Assembly (NCBI GenBank): GCA_043228905.1
Contig: JBHGNT010000006.1
Location: forward strand, 1,116,001 to 1,180,000
DNA length: 64,000 nt
Direction of reading: 5' to 3'
Source: Azolla caroliniana
Lineage: Eukaryota > Plantae > Polypodiophyta
Shown one piece after another: positions 36,250 to 49,105 of this stretch. The position numbers and the translations under genes were made by a program. The notes beneath the pieces were generated by a model that saw only the letters and a list, made by a program, of their open reading frames with translations, had not been told where the DNA came from and ran no database searches. Positions within the stretch are counted from its first letter, which is position 1. Each line of letters starts with the position of its first letter.

Positions 36250-36780
36250 ATTGAAAAAAAATTGAATAAATTCTGCACCAACATTGGGAATGAAATCATA
36301 TTCCCAAAAGTTCTTTCCAGAACGAAGACTTGGGAAACAATTGGATGTGTACTGCCCCTTCCACGAAATGCTTACTTTTGGGGCAATACTAGAGACAAGA
36401 ACTTAATCGATTCTAAACCAAATCCACATCTCTTGCATCTTGTTGAGTTTTTGTTACAGCTTTTATCCCAACAAGTAAAACCCCAAATAAATTGCGCCTG
36501 TAGAATAATATGATGCATCCATAGTTGATCACTTAGTTGTTTTATCAATGAAGTGATAAGAAGCAACTACCAATATGCAATGTTAATTGTATATGTATGT
36601 ACTCATTGGTAAATATTTGAGCCAATAACCAAGTTCCAATCTTGTAACTTGTAAACGGTTTTGTGTCTCTATCGATGGGAAATGTTCTTAATGATGGACC
36701 AAATCCTCTATTTTGTGCAAAATCTCTCTTCGCAAGAGACACCTTTTTTGTAAAAAAACTATTCATGGATGAGGCTTAGT
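36250..36780 (-). mobile_element. Decayed LINE ORF2 3' remnant (zf-RVT-like)
   Basis: The fragments KIGTWLLAQ and RCKRCGFGLESIKFL resemble the K.K.F.W.L...C.RC....ES..HL zinc-binding region. Confidence 0.35.
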
Positions 36781-37322
36781 TTGAAGTGAAGTGATGTTGC
36801 ACCAATTCAACCGCCTACCACATAGAAATCTCCCAAATCACAACTTCCGAGACATCGACGAGAATGTTGTCTAGCACGGTGATTCACAATACTTGTGCAT
36901 TCGCCCAGAGTTCCCCACAACAAGAGGTCCAATTTGCAACTCTCTGTCTCTCCCTTATATAACAGATGGGAAAAATCTTGGATGAGTTTTTTTCCAGAAA
37001 AATCTTAGTTGGATGGGAAATTTTCTGAGACATTTGGGCTAAAAAATTTAATTCCTTATATTTTTTGCTCGTTTCTTCTAGCTAGAAATCTAACCTAAAA
37101 CCAATTGTTTTATTTCCATTTAATTATTTCAAATTATATGTCTATGTACATACATATTTAATCTACTATTTGTCTTTATTTATTACCCACAAAGATATAC
37201 ATACATACATACATACATACATATTACATATATATATTATGAGAGGGAGGAACAGTGGAAAAGTAAAACTGTGAAAAGTGAAGAGAGCGAGAAGAGTAGT
37301 ACAAAAGAGAGAGGGAGAGACA

Positions 37323-37379
37323 ATGCCCTGTTTCATTGAGAGAAAAAGGAGAGACACAGACAGAGAGGGAGAGGGAGAG

Positions 37380-37448
<69 letters not shown>

Positions 37449-38954
37449 GACATGGACATGGACATGGACATGGAGGTGTGCTTAGGGAGGAGCTTGGTAA
37501 TGACATCAACACGGGTACTAGCCATGGCCATGGCCATGGTGATGGTGATGGTGGGTGGTGCTGAGGGTGGAAGCATTGGTGTGAACTATGGTCGAGTGGC
37601 TAACAACCTCCCTTCACCCCAAGAGGTAGTCACCCTCATCAAGCAGCTAGGCGTTCAAAAGGTGAAGCTCTACGATGCCGACCCATCGGTCGTCGCCTCC
37701 TTCGCGGGTTCCGGCATCGACCTAGTCATCGCCATACCCAACCAGGACCTTCCTCGGGTGGCGTCCAGCCAACACGAGTCCGACACATGGCTTTCATCGT
37801 ATGTGGTCCCGCACCTCCCGGCCACACGCATTGTCGCCATTGCGGTCGGCAACGAGGTCCTCTCATCCCCGCGGCCCGACGTCCGCTCCCTTGCACCCTC
37901 TCTCCTCCCCGCCATCCGCAACATACACTCCTCCCTCTCCAAGCTCGGCCTCCACTCACATATCAAGGTCTCCACCCCTCACACCCTCTCTATCCTCGCC
38001 TCCTCTTTCCCTCCTTCCATGGCCGCATTTAACCCTTCCATTGCCACTCCTTTCATGAAACCTCTGCTGGATTTCCTGGCCTCCATTAACTCCGTCGTTA
38101 TGATCAATGTCTACCCCTTCTTCGCCTACGAATCCCAACCCAGCACCATCTCACTCAACTATGCACTCTTCCAAGGATCATCGTCACATGGTGTAAATGA
38201 CCCCCACAGTGGGCTCTTCTACACCAACCTATTCGACGCCCAGCTCGATGCTTTCTTCGTGGCCATGGCGGCCCTTGGACACCCCGACATGCCCGTCGTG
38301 GTGACCGAGACCGGGTGGCCATCCAAAGGCGAAGAAGCCGAGGTTGGAGCCACACCTAAGAATGCTGAGACATACATCACCAACCTTATCAAACATATAA
38401 CTTCCAATGTTGGCACACCAAGAAAGCCTAATGCGTCAATAGATGCCTACATCTTTGCTCTCTTCAACGAGAATATGAAGGATGGCCCCGAATCAGAGAG
38501 GAACTATGGACTATTCTATCCCAACCAACGACGGGTATACGAGTTAGACCTTGTGTCCACGCGAGCATCGAGCTCTGGGTCAGGGCCGAGAGAGAGGGAC
38601 GAGGAAAATAAGCACAATTCACATTCACATTCTTATCACTCTCGGTACAGAAACCGAAACCAATGGGGATCCGGTGCGGGTGCAGAAACGTCGTGGTGGT
38701 GCGTGGCAAATGGCAGTGCGGACATCCCCGCGTTACAAGCAGCGATGGATTACGCGTGTGGGCCGGGCAGGGCGGATTGCTCATTGATCCAACCGGACCA
38801 GCCTTGCTTCTATCCCAATACACTTGTGGCCCACGCTTCATTTGCGTTCAATAGCTACTACCAACTCAACAAACAATGGGGTGGAACATGTAGCTTTCAA
38901 GGGGCTTCACAACTAACCAAACAAGACCCAAGTGAGTTCCATCCCCTCCCCTCT

Positions 38955-38989
<35 letters not shown>

Positions 38990-39777
38990 TGAGTCTCTCA
39001 ACGAGATCTCAACAACAACATACGTGCACATATATATATCTAGCTTTACATATATGTACATGTGCGTTGTATATCCAAATACAATTGGGGGGAATAGCCC
39101 ACTTCCTATCATGCATCACACCTAGCAATGGTATGGCCTATGGGATACCTCACCACGAGTATAAACTGTGGTCCCACTGTTGGAACTTGGAATTATAGTG
39201 TGAATACGTCCAATACTCCTTTTGATATATATATACATCATGAGGTATATGGGGTCTTAAGACTTCTTATACATCTTGGTACGTAGAGCCTTCCCTATAT
39301 ATCCTCATGATGTTTGGCCCCCCTGTTGGAAGTGAAGTGGGGAAACGTCAAAGACAGTCTTCTCATACATATAAATCACAGGGTATGTGGACCTCTTAAG
39401 CAGACTTGTGGTTGGAAAATATATGGAAGTTCTTTTCGCATACATACATATTGCCGAGTATGTGGAGTCTCGCCTATAAAGGCTCGTAATACTTGTCCGT
39501 AATGATGGAGAGAGGTGGGACAATGTGCAAAACGTGACAATGATATCTACCGACTATGCACATTAAGGGAAACATAGTAAAGCTCATTAGGTGAATGCCA
39601 AGTTTTCTATCCATTTAACTAAAAGTAGGTCATATATGCAGATGTATGCATATGCTTGTTTATATTTTATTGTCTATAACATTGCCTTTTGTTGTTTATA
39701 TTTTATTTTTAATTCATTTTGTTCTTTCCATTGTAATTGTAGGTTATCATGGTTGCAAATACATTGGAAGCGTTTGA
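37323..39777 (+). CDS. Glucan endo-1,3-beta-glucosidase (GH17) with C-terminal X8/CBM43 domain; exons 37323-38931 and 39743-39777; true start codon uncertain
   Basis: Motifs: IGVNYGRVANNLPSP, IAVGNE, VVTETGWPSKG, YIFALFNEN.K.GPESERNYGLF, and X8 WCVA...DYACG..RADC..IQP..PCF.PNT...HASFAFNSYYQ. The GT-AG intron after QDP joins to S-YHGCKYIGSV*. Confidence 0.92.
37380..37475 (+). repeat. Hexamer microsatellite (ATGGGC)11(ATGGAC)4, in frame with the glucanase
   Basis: Encodes (MG)11(MD)4ME. Confidence 0.95.
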
Positions 39778-41569
39778 AAACCCCTTCCTATAGATGTCTA
39801 ATGCACTCACTCTCACACACACTCATTTGGCTTCTTCATCCGTTCAAACTCTATTATGAAGTTAGAGCTTTCAGAACTAGTATGTTTATAGCATACAATG
39901 TAGAACAATGATAATGAATAGTTACCTCTAATTGAGGACAAGGGTGTTTGCGTGTTTTGATTGTGGTTCTTATATGGTGTCTATCTTTTTGTCCCATGCT
40001 ACTGTTCATTTTTAATTAAGAATAGTCTCTTTCTTCTTACTATAGTTTTTCAATAAAAGAAAATCAGATAGGATTTCTGTTTAGTGTTTAAAAATATCTA
40101 CACAATTGTTAGTGCGGTTGTGTTTTTCATTATATAACTATTAGGCATAGAGAATATGGCCTTCAATGTGCATTAAGATTTAGATAGATAATTTGAAGCA
40201 ACTAGGCTTTTCTATTATGTATTTATACATATGCAACTTTATTGTAGTCTTGGGAGGTCAAATATATATCTATCAGCGGAGGACCCAAAATAGAGCTTTT
40301 AAATAGGGTCCCAACGCATGTAACAAATTCTCATTGTAGGGAATAAATAGATCTAAAATGAAAAGGAAAAAATGGATTTTTTTCCTTTTGTGAATCTACT
40401 TGTTGATCTTGATCATATTAGAGCTTGCCATCTCTCTCACATCTGCATTATGAACTCTTCCTTGTAAAAAATTCTTCTGCATGAGGGTCACTTACCCCTC
40501 ACAATCTACTCGAAATAGGTTTTTACTCATACCTTCGAGTATGACAATAGAATCTATCTACCGATCCCAGCATTTCTATTTTTCTGCTGCAAGTGCTTTT
40601 GTTCTCTGTTTGTTGATAGCTTGAGTGAACACTAGCAAATCCAACTTCCAAGAGTTTTGCTTTGGCTTTCATCCTCATTCTGCTTTTAATTATTACTTAT
40701 TTAACATGCGTTCTTTGGTTCTTGCACTCCTTACGGTGCTGCCAAGGGCCAAGAGACACACAAACAAACATCTTTGGGAAAGCACAAGAGGTATGATATA
40801 ATGTACTGTAACTACAACAGTTGCAGATCCCTCCACAATGAATACATTCTCAGCCACTAACCATGTCATGTTGAATAATTCATACTGAGCATTGCCTCTG
40901 GCAATTTGTTTATCAAGTGTTCAGAAACAGATCATCATAACTAACAGACCTATATCGAAGTTACAAACACTCTTCCTTTAATTATTTCTAGTTACATCAA
41001 CGGTCATATGTCAGCAAAATAAACGAGTGGTGCTTGCAAAATGAAATGCCATTAATAGTAAATAAGCTGGTTATCATACAACTATGTATTTTGTACATGG
41101 TTGAACCAGAAATGATTAGCGTCAACTATCAGTATGACAATTCAAACAATACCTTGTGTAAATCAATTAAAATCATGGTGGTTTAGGGTTTGACAAATTG
41201 CCTATTGGAAGTTAAGGACCTAGAATTCAGTTGCTATGTGGATTTTTTAACAATTTCTCACATCGCTGACTAATTCCAACAGACCTCAAACTAGAAAGAA
41301 CTTACAATCTCCAAACCATACAACCTTACGGAGAGCATAGTGCACTTTACACATCTGATTAATCTAGTTCTAATATCATCCCTTGCAAAACGAATGAAAC
41401 TTTTCTTCTCTGACAAAACTAATCACACTATTGTTACAAAGGGCATTCATTTCTCACGTTACAAAGAACTCACTGAATCTACGACCATGCATCTTATATA
41501 CAAAAACTGTCTGATCTTTTGCAGACTCAACTATGTGAAAGAAAACGTGACCTCAATGCTGATTCAAAA

Positions 41570-43844
41570 CTAAGAACATGGCTTGACCAAACCAAGATTC
41601 GAGGAGAAACGTTCCCATTGTGTCTTGATCAAATTCCCAAAAGAAAATCCAGGTTTCCCCATATTGTCTTCACTATAGGACCTTCCAAGCTTCGGTATAT
41701 CTTTCACATGCAGTATTTGTTGACCCATCTCATTACGTATAGCTTCGATTCTCTTCATATCCACTGGACCACCTGAGGAATCAGTGACATAAAAAGTATT
41801 CACTGCTTTCTTGCCTTGTGTTGTCACATCAGCTCTCGCCACAGACAAGCCATTCTCTCTGAAGATTCGTGTTATATCAGAAAGTAATCCTACTCTATCA
41901 CTCGTGCATAGCTCAAGCCTAATACCCTAGAAATCAACATGAACAAAAAAGGCATTCAACCTGTTGAAAAGCAATCCAAGGAATATTATCATTACTAGCA
42001 ACAGTAGAGGGTTTTTTCACTATAAAATCAATCCAAGGAAACTATAATCATCAATCATTGTAGGTAGCAAATAACACTATATACGTCAAACAAACACAAC
42101 CACTAACTACAGAAATTTTTGTTTACCTGTGATACTCTTCGTTCTATTGCTGCTTCAAGGCACTTGATGACCCTCTGTTTCTCGCCTTCAGTATCCAGTG
42201 TGCACCCATCCATATGACGGATATAATATTCCTATTTGTTGAAATAATCACAAAAGAGATTAAATCTCTTCCTATAGTGGGTAAAGACCAACTAGGTGAA
42301 TAAGTAAAAAACGTATTGTTCAATAGCATTACCTGAACAGCATTAGGTCCATCTGAATCTATAGTGGCATGGAAGACAACATATTGCATGTCTGTAAGGG
42401 TACAAACAGTATCAAACAGGAGTTTGGAACGATCCTTGCAACAAATGGTCACTACTGAGTAGCCTTTCTCGAGGCAATTCTCTATAGAGATGTGTGGTCT
42501 ATCTACATAGCTAGTACTTGACCCCTCATAGTCTCGATCAGCAAACATCATTTGATGCAATCTCCTCTCTGTGTGCGTCAAACCAACAGAGAAGTCGGTC
42601 TTCGCTCCTTTCCGGTCATCTCTTGCCTTCAAGACATTAGAAAGCTGTTCTTTCATAAAGTTTAGCTTTTGAGGTTCTTCAATGGGGCCACCAGAGTTTT
42701 CATCAGTGACATAAACAACACAAGCAACTCTTGTATTATGTGTCCAAACCTCAGCAGCCACAACGTTACACTTTAAGTTGGTAAGGACTGCAGAGATTTC
42801 AGATAGAAGCCCTGGTCGGTCTGTGCCGATCATTTCTATTGCTGTATGCTCAGCTATAGCTTGCATACCCACAATTCGTCCCAAGCATGTCCTTACTTCA
42901 GGGGTAGTGACAATCCTTTTTGCACCCAACGACTGCCAAAAACATAGAGAGCATGTATTGATAACATTGCCATCACTGAAAATGACACCCATGTCAATTA
43001 TGCAGACATACAAGAAGAAAACTTTTTTTGGGAGGGTTCACAAGTGTACAATATTACATTTAACTCAAATATCAAAGTCATACATGTTTTTCAAAAGGTT
43101 CGGGATAGGATAATAAAGCAAACCTGTTGGATAAATTCTATTAACTTTTCATCAATAAGCTTGTTACCAAGTTGATCAGTGACATGGAACACTGTCAAAC
43201 CAGAAATTACATCTGGTCAGATCACAGAAGGAATTCATTTTCCTCGAAGTAAAAGGATAATAAAAATGCAATCCTATCAAATGTAAGACAAAATAAAGCA
43301 ACGAAGACCAAGACATATGATGTACACCAGAGACGCATACCATCCATGAACCAACCACCATCAGACGAAATATATGCTTTGGAAATGACAAGGTCAAGAT
43401 CGGTGAGGACCTGAACAACTTCCAAGAGACTTCCATGCTTATTTGCACTGTCAACCTGATATTCAGATAGATAAGCTTAAGTCTCTTAATTACCATAGTT
43501 ATCATCACCAAAGTCTGAAAAAACATCTCACCTTAACTAAGGTGTAATCCTTACATGCTTTATTATCAACTACAACCCTGTAAGCAGGTGTCGAGCAAAC
43601 TTATTAAGAGACAGATATGCATGGACTAAGACCCAACCACATACCACAAAAACAGTTTTATCTTATTTGATTCAGCTTTTGGAAATCTATCATCGTGTTT
43701 TGAATAATATCTTATAGAAATTATCCTGGTTTTTTCATTTTCTACCGTTTTTCTTATCTTTTAGTTGGCATACCTTGGAGGATTTATTCGTTGGCTCAGC
43801 GTTTCGTACTCTGGATCAAAGTACGGCCAACAGATTGGCTCCAT
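41570..43844 (-). CDS. ACR: ACT domain repeat protein (plant ACR family), ~453 aa; exons 43844-43774, 43577-43532, 43455-43341, 43191-43124, 42932-42333, 42231-42127, 41926-41570
   Basis: Motifs: [16 protein letters not shown]|[86 protein letters not shown] and [20 protein letters not shown]. All introns are GT-AG and sum to 1362 nt in frame. Confidence 0.93.
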
Positions 43845-44153
43845 CTCTCTGCAACAGCATGCAAACAGTGATTCTAATAAATCTCTCTCTCTCTCTCTCT
43901 GTTTTATATACATACGTATATAAATACACATACGTGTGTATTGGTGTGTGCATATCGACATACCACCACGAGAAAGCTCTCTTTATTTCTAAGTCTCTTA
44001 TGTAAAATGTGATTATGTCAACAAAATTACGGAGAGAGAGCTCTCTATGATCTGTGTATGCATAATATACATACACATTCGCATAAGCTTAGACATATGC
44101 ATACCCATACACATAAGCAGATGCATAATATATACATATATAACATATCAGAA

Positions 44154-44189
<36 letters not shown>

Positions 44190-45064
44190 AGTATACATTA
44201 TATATGAATCACCAAAACGAAGGATCTTTCTATAAAGAGATATCGTGAAAGAAATCCATCCGTCTCTTTCATCTTTGCATTCATATATGAATACAAGTCA
44301 CCAAGAAAACACGATCTCTATATCTGTTTCTGCATTATATACGAACACATATATGTACAAATATGTGTACGCATACACATGCACATCAAGAAAAGCCGAA
44401 AGCAAGGTATATATGTCGGATGAAATGAATAACACACCAGAAAGGAAGCTTGCGTTCTTCAGTCCAAAGACGGAGAGAATCAGAGAGATAGGAAGGGAAT
44501 CAGGCGTTAAACGAAGAAGGAAGATATGAAACGGAACAAGAAGAAGAAGGAACAGCGAATGAAACGATCAGGCGGACGTGTTTATCGTCCAGGGGAGCAA
44601 CAGACCACATTCTAGGCATGTCTGAGCGGATGATCAAGAATGGAGTGAGAGAAAGGAAACGGCGATGGCGATGGCGATGGCGATGGCGACGGTGACGAGG
44701 GGGGGGGGGGGGGGGGGGGGGATGAAGAAGGGGAGGAGGACTGCGTTCTATTTCTTTTTGCCTTTTTCCTTTTTCCTTTTTCCTTTTAGTTTTGGGTGGT
44801 TTTCTCTTATTAGTTTTTATTTTTTTCCCCCTCGTTTTTTATTTGCTTTGTTTTGGTGGTGGGGGGTAACAAGAAGAAGAAATAAATAGTTCAGTTCGTT
44901 GGGGGTTCCCCAATCCAATCCAATCCATTGCTCCCTTGGGGGGTTTTATTTTTTTGGGTGGGGGAGGGGGTCCTCCCGCACTCCTCTTTCTTTATCTACA
45001 ATTTTTCCTACTTGATTGTGTCCCAATGTTGGGGCTCAACTCAACCATGCAATTCCCAACACCC

Positions 45065-45098
<34 letters not shown>

Positions 45099-48004
45099 TC
45101 ATCCTCCTCCTCATTATTATTAGTATTATTATAATTGTTCCATGTTTTGCGGTCTCCCCTCTCGGGTTTGTGGTTTATATCATAGCATCGAAAGTCATAC
45201 AATTGAGAGAACCCAAGTTCTATCCTTGCCATGGGCTAGAGGCATGTCGTCTAATATCAATCTTCCATCAACTTTAAAAACATCTCTCTCGCTCTCTCCA
45301 AACCCCCCACTCACCCACCCACCCACCCACCCACTCACCCATACGTACTGGTTTCGACCTAACATTTTCAGTTGCATCGGTCTGATGTGTTGATGTGACT
45401 GAACATCACCAAATTCCCAGTTGTGCCAATTGTCATTGCAAGTTGGCCTCGTCCTTTGTTCTAGATGCCATTTTGCACACTATTATTCTTGGTTTGTCAT
45501 GACTCATCTTGGTTAAAGTCATTGTATCATTATCACAAGTTGGTTTGCTTTTTGAGAAGGGGAGTAATTTTTGGCGAAAATAAACCAATATGTATCTTCT
45601 TTTATTTTGATTTCATATAAAAAATTTAGTGTCTTTTTTGTTTCTTTTTCTTATTGCTTAGTTATCGTTAACATCGTAGCACTTTGTGGTTGTCCTTACC
45701 ATTTCAACCATTGCGGTCTTTTCTATTGTCATTGATAGTTGCCCCTCGCCCTAATCGTCAATATTGCTACTTGGTTGTTGTCATGTAATGCAATTTCTGG
45801 CCATTAGGCTTTTAACATTAGGTTGTTCCTAGCTATTAGTTGTCACTATTTGTTTGTCTCAAGAAGTGTGGGCCATGCGCCTAACATTATTAGGTGGTTG
45901 TGAGCTAGTGTGACCATTGCCTTTTGGGCATATCAAGTCGTGCGCCCATTGCTCATAAGAGTGATGTTTAGTTGACATAGTTTCTAGTGAGTATTGTTGC
46001 TTTGGTTTACGGTCCTCATAATACTTGTGGATTAAGACACAAAGTTTTCGTTGTCAACCACCTTTGACCATTTGCTTTGTACTTATACTTTCTCTATATT
46101 TAGTAACAGTTCATGACCTTCTTTGATTGCATCTTATGAAACCAATTAAAGGCAACAAGGCAATTAATGATTTGTAAGAGTGACAAATGTTTCTTGGGTT
46201 AGTGGAATATTACCACAAGTTTGTCAATGATTATGCTAAGATACATAGTTATGGAATGAGAGGCATTTTCTTTAAATTGGCTGATTAATAAACATTTTGT
46301 GTTGGAAACTAACGTTTGGGATTTTGCAATGTGTCACTTGTATTACTCAAAAACAAGAATCTATTGTATTCAAAAGAAAAAATGTTGAATAACGCCGAAC
46401 AAGTAGTTCCGAGTTGTGACTCATGAGTGAGAGTTAACGGGTATTGTCAAAGGATGCCATTATTGGTATGCAACTAAAAACTTTGTATGACCACAAAAGT
46501 ATTAAGTTGTTTGTAATTCATATGGTTATGAACAATAGAAAGGCTCATTGGACAAAAAATATTCACAAGTTTAATTGTACATTAAGATATTAGCAATTCT
46601 AATATATAATAATGAGAGAAGTCCTTATTTGATTATCAATTACTATACTTTATTGTTTATCAACATAACAAACAACTTTTTGGATGGGTTGCATGGGTGA
46701 TGGGATAATGATTCTACACATAAGACAATGTTGTAAGTCGTATGCAATATCCCACTGGTGTCATGTATATAGCTCATTTACATGTGTCTAGAGTAGAACT
46801 ATCGAGTTTCTAAATTAGAAAGATATATAGTCTCAAAATGTTCGCAATGGATATTAACTAGGCACATATCTCAAATCTATTTTAAAGGTGAATGGAAAAG
46901 CACATAATCGGACAAGAAGAAGTTGTAAGAGGATGATTATCACCAAAGGTGGCTTAAACCACCTTATAATTTAGTAGCCCCTGTTTAAAACAAAAGGTAT
47001 ACACCTCGATTAGTAAAGGGTATACACCGCACATATAATAGGAAGACATGGTTAGGGTTTATCTATGTAGCACTTAACACTAATTACCCAACTTACAACA
47101 AGTGTGTGGAGAAAGAAAGATCTCTTGCTTGCATTAAAAAGGAGGCTCAAGTCTAAAGTTCAAGAAGAAGATCTAAAAGGTTGTTCCCTTTTACATTCAG
47201 GTGACCATTTGGGCTAGTGCTTTAGAACAAATTTTTTTTCTCTTAGTCTCATAATCAGTTCAATGTGCATCTCAATGCCAATGTCTGCATGGATTGTGCT
47301 AGGTATTCAACACAAAATTATCCCAAGTTTTGAGCACATTCTTTGCATATGAAGCTCATGCCATGAAGCGATATCTTTCCCATCTAATGCACTAGCAATG
47401 TAGTCAATACTTGTACCATCAAGCTTGGCTCAAAATTCCAGGCATGCCATATAGCAAACACTTGAGTTGTGGTAAAATCTTGTATGGGTAAAGTGTTTAA
47501 TTAATTGTGTGTACACGATTAAGTTGAAGAGTGTGTTTAGAGATACCTTTAATAGTTAGTATAACGCAAGTAGCTCAAGGATGACTAAAACTCACCCTCA
47601 TTCGTCTTGCCAACAAAGGGTAGATTGTAGTACACCCTCGAACATTGACCTCGAGGTCATTCTTGCGAATAGTCAGCATTAGTCTTCACATTTCTCTAGT
47701 TTCAATCTTTTCTCCCATTGGTTAATCTCAAGTAGTGGTTAATCATTTGTATACCCATTTTACCTATTTTAAGTCGAAACACATCCACAATTTAGCATTG
47801 CTATGTAGTTAAGAGTAATACTTATGGTCTCTTCCAAAGATGATCTACCAGTGGGAAAAATTACAAATATAATCAAGACGCTCAAGTAAATTTGAAAGAT
47901 TTCACATGAAATATCTTTAAGCTTAAGCACATGTTGTATCATTTGACTCTTGGGTCAATTTAGAAACATTTTGAAATACTTTTGTTCTTTCCTTTTTTAT
48001 CAAA

Positions 48005-48088
48005 GTTCAGATGGTCAAGCGGTCTAAGGCGCCATACTCAAGTTCTGGCTCTCGTGAGAGAGCATGGGTTCAAATCCTACTCTTGACA
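48005..48088 (+). pseudogene. tRNA-Leu(CAA), best-preserved copy (probably a pseudogene)
   Basis: GTTCAGATGGTCAAGCGGTCTAAGGCGCCATACTCAAGTTCTGGCTCTCGTGAGAGAGCATGGGTTCAAATCCTACTCTTGACA matches the plant tRNA-Leu(CAA) pattern with a long variable arm. There are mismatches in the acceptor and anticodon stems. Confidence 0.85.
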
Positions 48089-48175
48089 AGTTCCTTGTTG
48101 TTTCAATCTAGTTATTGGGACATTAAGCCAAAATATTGAAATATTTTTGTTTAAGAAAATGTTTATTAACTTGAG

Positions 48176-48259
48176 ACCAAGATGGCCAGGTGGTCAAAGG
48201 CACCAAACTCAAGTTCTAGTTCTCGTTAGTGAGCGTCGGTTCAAATCCCACTCTTCGCA
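48176..48259 (+). pseudogene. tRNA-Leu(CAA) pseudogene, copy 2
   Basis: ACCAAGATGGCCAGGTGGTCAAAGGCACCAAACTCAAGTTCTAG...GGTTCAAATCCCACTCTTCGCA. Confidence 0.8.
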
Positions 48260-48451
48260 AGTTGCTTATTGTTTGAATCCCATTGTTGGGACGTTAAGCC
48301 ATTTTTATATTTATTTTATATTTGATGATTGGGTATACATCCTGTTGTAACATTTGTATCATGGGTCAATTTGGAAAAATGTTGGAATATTTTTGTTCCT
48401 AGTTGTTTTTTAGCCAATTTAGAAAAATATTTAAATGTTTCTTTATCCAAA

Positions 48452-48538
48452 GTCATGGTTGAGCGGTCTGAGGCACCAAACTCAAGATCTAGTTCTAGTT
48501 CTTGTGAGCGAGTGTGGGTTCAATTTACACTCTTGACA
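48452..48538 (+). pseudogene. tRNA-Leu(CAA) pseudogene, copy 3
   Basis: GTCATGGTTGAGCGGTCTGAGGCACCAAACTCAAG...GGGTTCAATTTACACTCTTGACA, with indels. Confidence 0.75.
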
Positions 48539-48674
48539 AGTTACTTGTTGTCTTGAATCCCATTATTAGGGCTTTAAACCATTTTTATTTTTATTTTATT
48601 TTCGATGATTGGGATACATCTTGGTGTATCATTTGTCTCATGGGTCAATTTAGAAAGACGTTAAATTTTTGTTT

Positions 48675-48738
48675 TAAGGACGCATACTCAAGTTCTAGTT
48701 CTTGTGAGAGAGTGTGGGTTCAAATGCCACTCTTGACA
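48675..48738 (+). pseudogene. tRNA-Leu(CAA) pseudogene, copy 4 (5'-truncated)
   Basis: TAAGGACGCATACTCAAGTTCTAG...GGGTTCAAATGCCACTCTTGACA. Confidence 0.75.
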
Positions 48739-48895
48739 AGTTCCTTCTTGTTTCAATCCCATGATTGGGACGTTACGCCATTTTTATTTTATTTTTGATG
48801 ATTGGGTATTTACATCCGGTTGTATCCTTTGTCTCATGGTTCAATTTAGAAAAAGTTGAAATATTTTTGTTTCTAAATACTTTTTATTATCTAAA

Positions 48896-48979
48896 GTCAA
48901 GATAATTGAGAGGTCTAAAGCACTAGACGCAAGTTTTGGTTCTCGTATGAGAGCGTGGGTTCAAATCCCATTTTTGGTA
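48896..48979 (+). pseudogene. tRNA-Leu(CAA) pseudogene, copy 5
   Basis: GTCAAGATAATTGAGAGGTCTAAAGCACTAGACGCAAGTTTTGG...GCGTGGGTTCAAATCCCA. Confidence 0.75.
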
Positions 48980-49105
48980 CTTTAAGCCATTTTTATTTTT
49001 ATTTTTATTTTTTATGATTGGGTATACATCCTGTTGTATCATTTGTCTCATGGGTCAATTTAGAAAGATGTTAATATTTTTCTTCCTTTGTTTGTTGATA
49101 ATAAG

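Larger units (their letters stand above)
47925..49105 (+). repeat. Tandem array of decayed tRNA-Leu(CAA) genes with shared flanks
   Basis: The flank CATCC.GTTGTATCATTTGTCTCATGGGTCAATTTAGAAA is repeated together with the tRNA body; units are ~170-280 bp with internal deletions. Confidence 0.88.

Noticed and set aside
38932-39125. C-terminal part of the 615-aa glucanase ORF
   Set aside because: It is read-through into an intron (GTGAGT donor at 38932); the real last exon is 39743-39777.
44665-45393. ORFs with poly-Gly/poly-Pro upstream of ACR
   Set aside because: They come from G/C homopolymers and microsatellites in the ACR promoter and 5' UTR.
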